This document shows, in pieces, positions 1 through 9,295 of a stretch of 64,000 nt of DNA (position 1 is its first letter; the number at the start of each line of letters is the position of its first letter). Location of the stretch: the NCBI GenBank assembly GCA_048772705.1, contig JBLWGC010000208.1, forward strand, positions 1 through 64,000. The letters are read 5' to 3'. The position numbers were made by a program, and so were the translations under genes. The stretch comes from Leidyana gryllorum EB-2025a (lineage: Eukaryota; Protista; Apicomplexa). Under the pieces are notes generated by a model. It did not search any database and was not told where the DNA came from. It saw nothing but the letters and a program-made list of their open reading frames with translations.

Positions 1-554
1 CATAAGGTAAGAGACTCACCTATTACATGTCTTGTTCTCGTACGTGATCACTTCGTGTATCTTATGCTACAACGCTGCCGTCTTACCATCTTTTGTTTTA
101 GATGATGTTGCCCATCTCAACTTGGAACCCTTTCCCGCAAATCTGACACTTCATGTATCCCCGATGTACATGAGGAGGGGTAGGGGGAGCTAGGGGAGGG
201 GTAGGGGCTGCCAGCCTTGGCAATGGCTTCAGGTCCACCGTCGAGGCCAGTGAGTCTCTGCGAGTGCTCAATAACTCTGTTTGCTCATCTTGAACAACCG
301 TTGAGAGACACCCAATGACCTCAGTAGACGAGACCGAAGCTGAGGGAGACTGAGAATCACTCAGTGGCATGCTAACTGGGGGGCCACTGGATGCTGGTTG
401 GGGGAGGGAGCGAATGGGGGAGGGGTTAGCTGGCTGGGGAAAAAACCGAACAACCGGGGGTTCAGGCTCCATTGGCTGGAGCTCTACTCGCAATTGGGGT
501 CGCGGGGCATCCCAGTTCCTCGCAAAGTGCCGAAGCTCTTCCTCGGCTATGTGA

Positions 555-1142
555 GATGTGTGGGGATGAGGTGTGGGAACTTACTTGGTGTGGGAACGTG
601 CCAGACCAGTCTGAGTGGCACGAGGTCACGTCTTGGGAACATCTGGGGGGGAAGAAAGCGAGCGCGAGCGAGAAGAGGGCTTTTTGGATCTGAGAACAAA
701 AACAACAGTCCAAGTCCCACGTCTCGCACACCAAATCTTGGGAAAAGTGGCTCGTTTGGGCTGCTCTCTGTTGCTTGCGAGCCGCACGAGAGCTAAATGA
801 AGGAGTCTGACGACCCTTACATCTCGATGGGAGGCTAGTTTGCTGTAGCGAACGAGCCAATTGAAGTTTGGGAAGTCTCATTTTTGCAAAAATCAGGCCT
901 TCTCGTGTCTCAGAGAGCTCGAGAGAGTCGCCTATCTCCTATTCTAGCGGTGAGATTTCGCCTAAAATCTGGCTGCTAACTAATCAGGCCACTACTATTC
1001 CTAAGGTAAGCGAGAGAGCTAGTCTAGAGCTTCTAATCAAATTCCTATTTCACTAAAAGTCGTTTCTGGTACCCCCTAAGAACCCCCAAAAAACCTACGG
1101 TAATGGTCGGGCACACCCTTGCGGGTTTCGCCGACCTGCACA
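555..1142 (+). mobile_element. 5'-truncated LTR copy (copy 1), ending at the conserved ACCTGCACA site
   Basis: Near-identical to ~7759-8347 of the complete LTR; ends GCCGACCTGCACA. Confidence 0.9.
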
Positions 1143-1345
1143 ACCACCTCACAGCCACGGAGATGGCTTACAACGCATCGGTACAGAAATCAACGAACGC
1201 TACACCACTGGAATTAGATACAGGCAGAGTCACTTTCATACCTACCAACCTCACTGACATTGCAGGAACCAGGAGCACCTTTGGCAGAGTATACCTCCAA
1301 AAGTTACAGGAAGCACACGACCGATTGAACGAGGCAATTCGACTA
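1143..1345 (+). pseudogene. Ty3/gypsy integrase core fragment
   Basis: HLTATEMAYNASVQKSTNATPLELDTG resembles the gypsy integrase 'AE.AYN.S...ST..TPFEL..G' segment; followed by LQEAHDRLNEAIRL. Confidence 0.75.
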
Positions 1346-2454
1346 GTTTGCCTGTAACCTTTGGTTCGGCGTTTCGGTCGGCTTCGATGGCTGTTGTGAC
1401 TGCTGTTTGTTTTTGGATTATGTGGTTTATGTGCTTGTTTATCGCTGCATTGTACTGTGTTTGCGTGTTCGCGAATGTTTAGCTTTCAATTCTCTACACG
1501 TTCCGGTTGCTGTAGCGTGCGCAAGTAAGGTCTGATGTGGTGTGTATTGTGCTAATAAAAGACTGTGACGATATAGTTGTGTTGCTTAGTATGTTGACAG
1601 GTATCGTGCTTGTTATGTATTGATTTGTGAGACTATATGAGCTGGAGATGCATGATTGTATGAGTGTATGGCGTGTATTTTGGTAACTGTGCTGTGATGT
1701 GTAGTATGCTCAGTTTGCTAAAGTGAATGTGGAGCAACTTGGAAGGTTATGTGTGAGTGATATTGGTTTAGATGGTTTGTCTGTTAGGCTGTGAGGGGTC
1801 TAGAGTGAGTCAGCGATTCGCTCGTTGATTGAGGAGTATTTGTAGACGTATAAAAGCTTGTAATGCTAGATATAGGGGGATCAATGAGATTCAGTTGAAT
1901 TGAGAGTGTTGAGAAGAATGTCATGAGTCCAATGCGTATCGTGGACATTATTTATCGGAGTGAATGGGAATTTGTAAGAATATGCGGATGGAGTCAAGTT
2001 ATGCATAGGATTTGAGTGTTGATTCGGACGACATGAATTTGGCTAATGATAGGTAGGTTAATAGGAGTATATTGACAATTGTGATGTAGTTCAAGGTGTG
2101 GTAAGAGGGTGGTGGTCAGTTGTTTGCTATAAAACATTGAGAGAGTGTATATATGCTAAGAGTTATGAGTATTCGAATTGTTAGTGTACGAGCGGGATGA
2201 TAAGGCTGATATGTAAGTTGAGTAATAGTGTGCGTGAAGAAGTATTGATGGGGTGTGGGGAGCGCCCTTGTCGCTTCGCTCGGGCGCTTCCCCGTACCCA
2301 TTGTTTCTGTGAGATTTATTTATTGATGGAATAGTTAGCAAGCTATCGTGAATGTGATAAGTAGAACGAACCAATTGCATCAATCTTGCGTGCAATTGCT
2401 CTGGAACGATATGTACGAGTTCAAACGACTTGTAGAGAAGTGTCATTTAAGTAC

Positions 2455-3855
2455 CTATCAAGTAGCAAATAAGTGTGAAACAAGTGTCAAACAACTCGGA
2501 AACCAGTGTCAAGCAAGGCTGGAACATGTTGCAAACAAGTGTCAAACATGTCGCGAAGCAAGGGTCAAAGCAGTTCGCAACAAGTCTCAAACATGTTGGA
2601 AACAACTCGCAAACAAGTGTCAAAAGAGTAGCAAACATGTGGCAAACAAGTGTTCAACAACTCGCAAACAAGTGTCAAACATGTATCAAACAAGTGTCAA
2701 GCATGTGGCAAACATGTGTCAAACAAGTGAGAAGCATGTGTGTAACACGTGGCAAACAATTAGCAAACAAGTGTCAAAGATGTCGCAAACAAGTAACTAA
2801 CAAGTGTGAAACAAGTGGCAAACATGTGTCAAAGATGTCGCAAACATATCGCAAACATATCCTAAACGAGTGTCAAACAGGTGTGAAACATGTGGCAACA
2901 AACAAGTGGCAAACATGTGTGTCACACGTGGCAAAAAAGTAGCAAAACAAGTGTCAAAGATGTCGCAAACAAGTGTCAAACGAGTGTCAAACAAGTGTGA
3001 AACATGTGGCAAACATGTAGGAAACAAGTGGCAAACGTGTGTGTAACACGTGGCAAACAAGTAGCAAAACAAGTGTCAAAGATGTCGCAAACATGTCGCA
3101 AAGATGTCGCAAACATGTCGCAAACAAGTGTCAAACGAGTGTCAAACAAGTGTGGAACATGTGGCAAAAAAGTGTTAAACATGTGGCAAACAAGTCTCAA
3201 CGGAGTTTCAAACAAGTGTTAAACATGTGGCAAAGAACTGGCAAGCAAGTGTAAAGCATGTGGCAAACAAGTTTCAAAGAAGTATCAAACAAGTAGCAAA
3301 CAAGTGTCAAACGAGTGTCGAACAAGTGTGGAACATGTGGCAAAAAAGTGTTAAACATGTGGCGAACAAGTCTCAACGGAGTTTCAAACAAGTGTTAAAC
3401 ATGTGGCAAAGAACTGGCAAGCAAGTGTAAAGCATGTGGCAAACAAGTTTCAAACGAGTGTCAAACAAGTGTGGAACATGTGGGAAAAAAGTGTTAAACA
3501 TGTGGTGAACAAGTCTCAACGGAGTTTCAAACAAGTGTTAAACATGTGGCAAAGAAGTGGCAAACACGTGTCAAACGAGAGTCAAACAAGTGTGAAATAT
3601 GTGGCAGAAAAGTGTTTAACATGTGGCGAACAAGTCTCAACTGAGTGTCAAAGAAGTATGAAAGATGTGGCAAAGAAGTGGCAAGCAAGTGTAAAGCATG
3701 TAGCAAACAAGTGTCAAACGAGTGTCAAACAAGTAGCAAGCAAGTAGCAAACAAGTAGGAAACAGGTAGCAAACAAGTGTCAAACATGTCGCAAACAAGT
3801 CTCGAACATGTTGCAAAGGGGTATTGAAGGTGCTACAAAGAGATGTGTAACACAA
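2455..3855. repeat. Degenerate ~11-bp satellite (AAACAAGTGTC / AAACATGTGGC family) with higher-order repeat structure
   Basis: Tandem imperfect units seen directly; generates spurious KHVANKCQTS-type ORFs. Confidence 0.9.
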
Positions 3856-3912
3856 GTATCATCTGGTACAAGTTGCACACTGGTGACGAACTCTGCTTTT
3901 TTGAAAAATTTG

Positions 3913-4086
3913 GTAAGGGGTTAAGGATGACGACATGAAAAATTCCGATGAATTAGTAACGGGTTAAGGATGACGACATGAAAAATTCCGATGAATTTGT
4001 AACGAGATAAGGATGACGACATCAAAAAACACCGATAAACTTGTAACGAGATAAGGGTGACGACATCAAAAAATGTGATAAATTTC
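3913..4086. repeat. 43-44-bp minisatellite, 4 copies (GTAACG(G/A)G(T/A)TAAGGATGACGACAT(G/C)AAAAA...)
   Basis: Direct inspection; repeated at 5426-5599. Confidence 0.9.
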
Positions 4087-4270
4087 GCTTAGAGACACCC
4101 AATAACCTCAGTAGACGAGAAATGCGGTAGGGGAGACTGAGAATGACTCAATGAGATGTTAGCTGGGGCGTCACTGGATGCTGGTTGGGGCAGGTAGCGA
4201 ATGGGGGTCAGTTGGCTGGGATAAAAACTGCACAATGGGGAGGTGAGGCTCTGGTCGCAAAGTGGCGAAG

Positions 4271-4877
4271 CTCCTTGGGGGCGTTCTGGGATGTGTGGGG
4301 ATGAGGTGTGGGAACTTACTTGGTGTGGGAACGTGCCAGACCAGTCTGAGTGGCACGAGGTCACGTCTTGGGAACATCTGGGGGGGAAGAAAGCGAGCGC
4401 GAGCGAGAAGAGGGCTTTTTGGATCTGAGAACAAAAATAACAGTCCAAGTCCCACGTCTCGCACACCAAATCTTGGGAAAAGTGGCTCGTTTGGGCTGCT
4501 ATCTGTTGCTTGCGAGCCGCACGAGAGCTAAATTAAGGAGTCTGACGACCCTTACATCTCGATGGGAGGCTAGTTTGCTGTAGCGAACGAGCCAATTGAA
4601 GTTTGGGAAGTCTCATTTTTGCAAAAATCAGGCCTTCTCGTGTCTCAGAGAGCTCGAGAGAGTCGCCTATCTCCTATTCTAGCGGTGAGATTTCGCCTAA
4701 AATCTGGCTGCTAACTAATCAGGCCACTACTATTCCTAAGGTAAGCGAGAGAGCTAGTCTAGAGCTCCTAATCAAATTCCTATTTCACTAAAAGTCGTTT
4801 CTGGTACCCCCTAAGAACCCCCAAAAAACCTACGGTAATGGTCGGGCTCACCCTTGCGGGTTTCGCCGACCTGCACA
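4271..4877 (+). mobile_element. 5'-truncated LTR copy (A)
   Basis: Matches LTR from CTCCTTGGGGG to GACCTGCACA. Confidence 0.9.
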
Positions 4878-5425
4878 AACAAGTCTCAACGGAGTTTCAA
4901 ACAAGTGTTAAACATGTGGCAAAGAACTGGCAAGCAAGTGTAAAGCATGTGGCAAACAAGTTTCAAACGAGTGTCAAACAAGTGTGGAACATGTGGGAAA
5001 AAAGTGTTAAACATGTGGTGAACAAGTCTCAACGGAGTTTCAAACAAGTGTTAAACATGTGGCAAAGAAGTGGCAAACACGTGTCAAACGAGAGTCAAAC
5101 AAGTGTGAAATATGTGGCAGAAAAGTGTTTAACATGTGGCGAACAAGTCTCAACTGAGTGTCAAAGAAGTATGAAAGATGTGGCAAAGAAGTGGCAAGCA
5201 AGTGTAAAGCATGTAGCAAACAAGTGTCAAACGAGTGTCAAACAAGTAGCAAGCAAGTAGCAAACAAGTAGGAAACAGGTAGCAAACAAGTGTCAAACAT
5301 GTCGCAAACAAGTCTCGAACATGTTGCAAAGGGGTACTGAAGGTGCTACAAAGAGATGTGTAACACAAGTATCATCTGGTACAAGTTGCACACTGGTGAC
5401 GAACTCTGCTTTTTTGAAAAATTTG

Positions 5426-5599
5426 GTAAGGGGTTAAGGATGACGACATGAAAAATTCCGATGAATTAGTAACGGGTTAAGGATGACAACATGAAAAATT
5501 CCGATGAATTTGTAACGAGATAAGGATGACGACATCAAAAAACACCGATAAACTTGTAACGAGATAAGGGTGACGACATCAAAAAATGTGATAAATTTC
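5426..5599. repeat. Second block of the 43-bp minisatellite
   Basis: Copy of 3913-4086 within the 1513-bp duplication. Confidence 0.9.
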
Positions 5600-5783
5600 G
5601 CTTAGAGACACCCAATAACCTCAGTAGACGAGAAATGCGGTAGGGGAGACTGAGAATGACTCAATGAGATGTTAGCTGGGGCGTCACTGGATGCTGGTTG
5701 GGGCAGGTAGCGAATGGGGGTCAGTTGGCTGGGATAAAAACTGCACAATGGGGAGGTGAGGCTCTGGTCGCAAAGTGGCGAAG

Positions 5784-6390
5784 CTCCTTGGGGGCGTTCT
5801 GGGATGTGTGGGGATGAGGTGTGGGAACTTACTTGGTGTGGGAACGTGCCAGACCAGTCTGAGTGGCACGAGGTCACGTCTTGGGAACATCTGGGGGGGA
5901 AGAAAGCGAGCGCGAGCGAGAAGAGGGCTTTTTGGATCTGAGAACAAAAATAACAGTCCAAGTCCCACGTCTCGCACACCAAATCTTGGGAAAAGTGGCT
6001 CGTTTGGGCTGCTATCTGTTGCTTGCGAGCCGCACGAGAGCTAAATTAAGGAGTCTGACGACCCTTACATCTCGATGGGAGGCTAGTTTGCTGTAGCGAA
6101 CGAGCCAATTGAAGTTTGGGAAGTCTCATTTTTGCAAAAATCAGGCCTTCTCGTGTCTCAGAGAGCTCGAGAGAGTCGCTTATCTCCTATTCTAGCGGTG
6201 AGATTTCGCCTAAAATCTGGCTGCTAACTAATCAGGCCACTACTATTCCTAAGGTAAGCGAGAGAGCTAGTCTAGAGCTCCTAATCAAATTCCTATTTCA
6301 CTAAAAGTCGTTTCTGGTACCCCCTAAGAACCCCCAAAAAATCTACGGTAATGGTCGGGCTCACCCTTGCGGGTTTCGCCGACCTGCACA
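5784..6390 (+). mobile_element. 5'-truncated LTR copy (B)
   Basis: Matches copy A at offset 1513. Confidence 0.9.
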
Positions 6391-7068
6391 AATGGGGGTC
6401 AGTTGGCTGGGATAAAAACTGCACAATGGGGAGGTGAGGCTCTGGTCGCAAAGTGGCGAAGCTCCTTGGGGGCGTTCTGGGATGTGTGGGGATGAGGTGT
6501 GGGAACTTACTTGGTGTGGGAACGTGCCAGACCAGTCTGAGTGGCACGAGGTCACGTCTTGGGACCATCTGGGGGGGAAGAAAGCGAGCGCGAGCGAGAA
6601 GAGGGCTTTTTGGATCTGAGAACAAAAATAACAGTCCAAGTCCCACGTCTCGCACACCAAATCTTGGGAAAAGTGGCTCGTTTGGGCTGCTATCTGTTGC
6701 TTGCGAGCCGCACGAGGGCTAAATTAAGGAGTCTGACGACCCTTACATCTCGATGGGAGGCTAGTTTGCTGTAGCGAACGAGCCAATTGAAGTTTGGGAA
6801 GTCTCATTTTTGCAAAAATCAGGCCTTCTCGTGTCTCAGAGAGCTCGAGAGAGTCGCCTATCTCCTATTCTAGCGGCGAGATTGCGCCTAAAATCTGGCT
6901 GCCAACTAATCAGGCCACTACTATTCCTAAGGTAAGCGAGAGAGCTAGTCTAGAGCTTCTAATCAAATTCCTATTTCACTAAAAGTCGTTTCTGGTACCC
7001 CCTAAGAACCCCCAAAAAACCTACGGTAATGGTCGGGCACACCCTTGCGGGTTTCGCCGACCTGCACA
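6391..7068 (+). mobile_element. 5'-truncated unit (C): short flank + LTR copy
   Basis: Matches 4200-4877 with several SNPs; ends GACCTGCACA. Confidence 0.9.
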
Positions 7069-7582
7069 ACAGCAAGAAGAACAAGCGAACAAGAAGAGGA
7101 AACCAATAACGTTTCAGCCAGGAGAGCAAGTGCTCCTGAGCACGAAACAGTTGAGCCACGTACCCACCAATAAACTCGCCCTACCTTTCTGCGGGCCATT
7201 TACAATACTGGAAAGCTGTGGATGCGACACATACAAGCTAGATCTGCCAGACTCATGGGGAATGTACCCAAAATTCCACTCGTCACGACTGGAAAAGTGG
7301 TACCCACGACAAGGCGAAACCAACTCAGCGCGAGACGAGACGGACACTACGCCAAACGAAGAAGAGACTCTCTACATCATGCAGGACATTGTGGGATGGA
7401 AACAGGAGGGCAACCAATTGTACTACAGAGTCCGATGGGTGGGATATCAAGACGAGAGTTGGGAGACAGCTGAAACAGTACTGGATGCAGACGGTGCGGA
7501 CTTGATAACCGAATTCAAACACAAGTGGAACAACAAATATCCACGGAACCCGTTCAGTCTAGGGGAAGAGGGAGGGGTGTAA
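7069..7582 (+). pseudogene. 3' end of chromovirus pol: integrase C-terminus (GPF motif) + chromodomain
   Basis: ANKKRKPITFQPGEQVLL...KLALPFCGPFTILE...TYKLDLP...FHSSRL (GPY/F domain) then YYRVRWVGYQDESWETAE (chromodomain). Confidence 0.9.
7561..7577 (+). other. Polypurine tract (PPT)
   Basis: AGGGGAAGAGGGAGGGG immediately before the TG of the LTR. Confidence 0.9.
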
Positions 7583-8397
7583 GCGTGTCTCCGGGGAGAC
7601 CGGCACGGACCGGCATGGAGACACAGACACGAGTTTTTAGACACACGCACGAACTTAGACTAGAACAAAAAACAGATGGACTTACGAAGCGGCCGAGCAG
7701 TGCAACCGACCCTAGCAGGTAGCGCCGAGCAAGGCTACACTCCTTGGGGGCGTTCTGGGATGTGTGGGGATGAGGTGTGGGAACTTACTTGGTGTGGGAA
7801 CGTGCCAGACCAGTCTGAGTGGCACGAGGTCACGTCTTGGGAACATCTGGGGGGGAAGAAAGCGAGCGCGAGCGAGAAGAGGGCTTTTTGGATCTGAGAA
7901 CAAAAATAACAGTCCAAGTCCCACGTCTCGCACACCAAATCTTGGGAAAAGTGGCTCGTTTGGGCTGCTATCTGTTGCTTGCGAGCCGCACGAGAGCTAA
8001 ATTAAGGAGTCTGACGACCCTTACATCTCGATGGGAGGCTAGTTTGCTGTAGCGAACGAGCCAATTGAAGTTTGGGAAGTCTCATTTTTGCAAAAAACAG
8101 GCCTTCTCGTGTCTCAGAGAGCTCGAGAGAGTCGCCTATCTCCTATTCTAGCGGTGAGATTTCGCCTAAAATCTGGCTGCCAACTAATCAGGCCACTACT
8201 ATTCCTAAGGTAAGCGAGAGAGCTAGTCTAGAGCTCCTAATCAAATTCCTATTTCACTAAAAGTCGTTTCTGGTACCCCCTAAGAACCCCCAAAAAAACC
8301 TACGGTAATGGTCGGGCTCACCCTTGCGGGTTTCGCCGACCTGCACAACGAAGCATTCACCTGAGCACTACGAACCCGGCCTTAGAGCCAGGTTACA
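7578..8397 (+). mobile_element. Complete 3' LTR (820 bp) of a Ty3/gypsy chromovirus
   Basis: Starts TGTAA after the PPT and ends TTACA (5-bp terminal inverted repeat); the only copy that continues past ACCTGCACA. Confidence 0.82.
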
Positions 8398-8788
8398 CTG
8401 CTATCTGTTGCTTGCGAGCCGCACGAGAGCTAAATTAAGGAGTCTGACGACCCTTGCATCTCGATGGGAGGCTAGTTTGCTGTAGCGAACGAGCCAATTG
8501 AAGATTGGGAAGTCTCATTTTTGCAAAAATCAGGCCTTCTCGTGTCTCAGAGAGCTCGAGAGAGTCGCCTATCTCCTATTCTAGCGGTGAGATTTCGCCT
8601 AAAATCTGGCTGCTAACTAATCAGGCCACTACTATTCCTAAGGTAAGCGAGAGAGCTAGTCCAGAGCTTCTAATCAAATTCCTATTTCACTAAAAGTCGT
8701 TTCTGGTACCCCCTAAGAACCCCCAAAAAACCTACGGTAATGGTCGGGCACACCCTTGCGGGTTTCGCCGACCTGCACAACCTGCACA
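8398..8788 (+). mobile_element. 5'-truncated LTR copy (E, 8398-8779) plus 9-nt reiteration ACCTGCACA (8780-8788)
   Basis: Direct alignment to the LTR. Confidence 0.9.
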
Positions 8789-9130
8789 ACGACCCTTACA
8801 TCTCGATGGGAGGCTAGTTTGCTGTAGCGAACGAGCCAATTGAAGTTTGGGAAGTCTCATTTTTGCAAAAATCAGGCCTTCTCGTGTCTCAGAGAGCTCG
8901 AGAGAGTCGCCTATCTCCTATTCTAGCGGTGAGATTTCGCCTAAAATCTGGCTGCCAACTAATCAGGCCACTACTATTCCTAAGGTAAGCGAGAGAGCTA
9001 GTCTAGAGCTCCTAATCAAATTCCTATTTCACTAAAAGTCGTTTCTGGTACCCCCTAAGAACCCCCAAAAAACCTACGGTAATGGTCGGGCTCACCCTTG
9101 CGGGTTTCGCCGACCTGCACAACCTGCACA
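8789..9130 (+). mobile_element. 5'-truncated LTR copy (F, 8789-9121) plus 9-nt reiteration (9122-9130); innermost unit
   Basis: Direct alignment; unique sequence begins ~9132. Confidence 0.9.
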
Positions 9131-9295
9131 AACCATCTGGAGCGTATCAACAACTCTAGACATTGTATAGACCGCGAAAATCGCCACGATCAACCCTCCA
9201 TTTGATAGTCAATAGACCCCCTTCCGGAGCTATTGTCGGGATGACGGTTAGGATGGTTGCAAAAGAACTCTGATAAGTAAGATTTCAAATCTGAC

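Larger units (their letters stand above)
3365..6390 (+). repeat. 1513-bp tandem duplication (3365-4877 and 4878-6390): satellite + minisatellite + truncated LTR
   Basis: Identical ORF sets offset by 1513 bp (4089/5602, 4603/6116); few SNPs. Confidence 0.93.

Noticed and set aside
98-493. Pro-rich minus-strand ORF with CQICGKGF
   Set aside because: Incomplete zinc-finger-like motif in a repeated flank family whose homolog at 4089-4270 is not conserved in frame; cannot support a gene call
1105-1142. Hairpin read on the minus strand as a hammerhead ribozyme or group II intron domain V (GAAA, GCAA tetraloop)
   Set aside because: No CUGANGA core or AGC triad context could be identified
3918-3968. 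GGGTTAAG as canonical telomeric repeats
   Set aside because: Isolated single occurrences inside a minisatellite; no tandem TTAGGG/TTTAGGG arrays anywhere in the window
3913-4086. CRISPR-like appearance of the 43-bp repeats and of LTR-end + variable 'spacer' junctions
   Set aside because: Eukaryotic context, no unique constant-length spacers, no cas genes
2348-5368. ORFs with KHVANKCQTSV-like repeats
   Set aside because: Translations of the 11-bp satellite in several frames on both strands; no coherent gene
398-9035. Recurrent short ORFs (MGSLIFAK..., MARGHVLG..., MRDVGLG...)
   Set aside because: They lie within LTR copies, recur only because the DNA is repeated, and mostly use non-ATG starts
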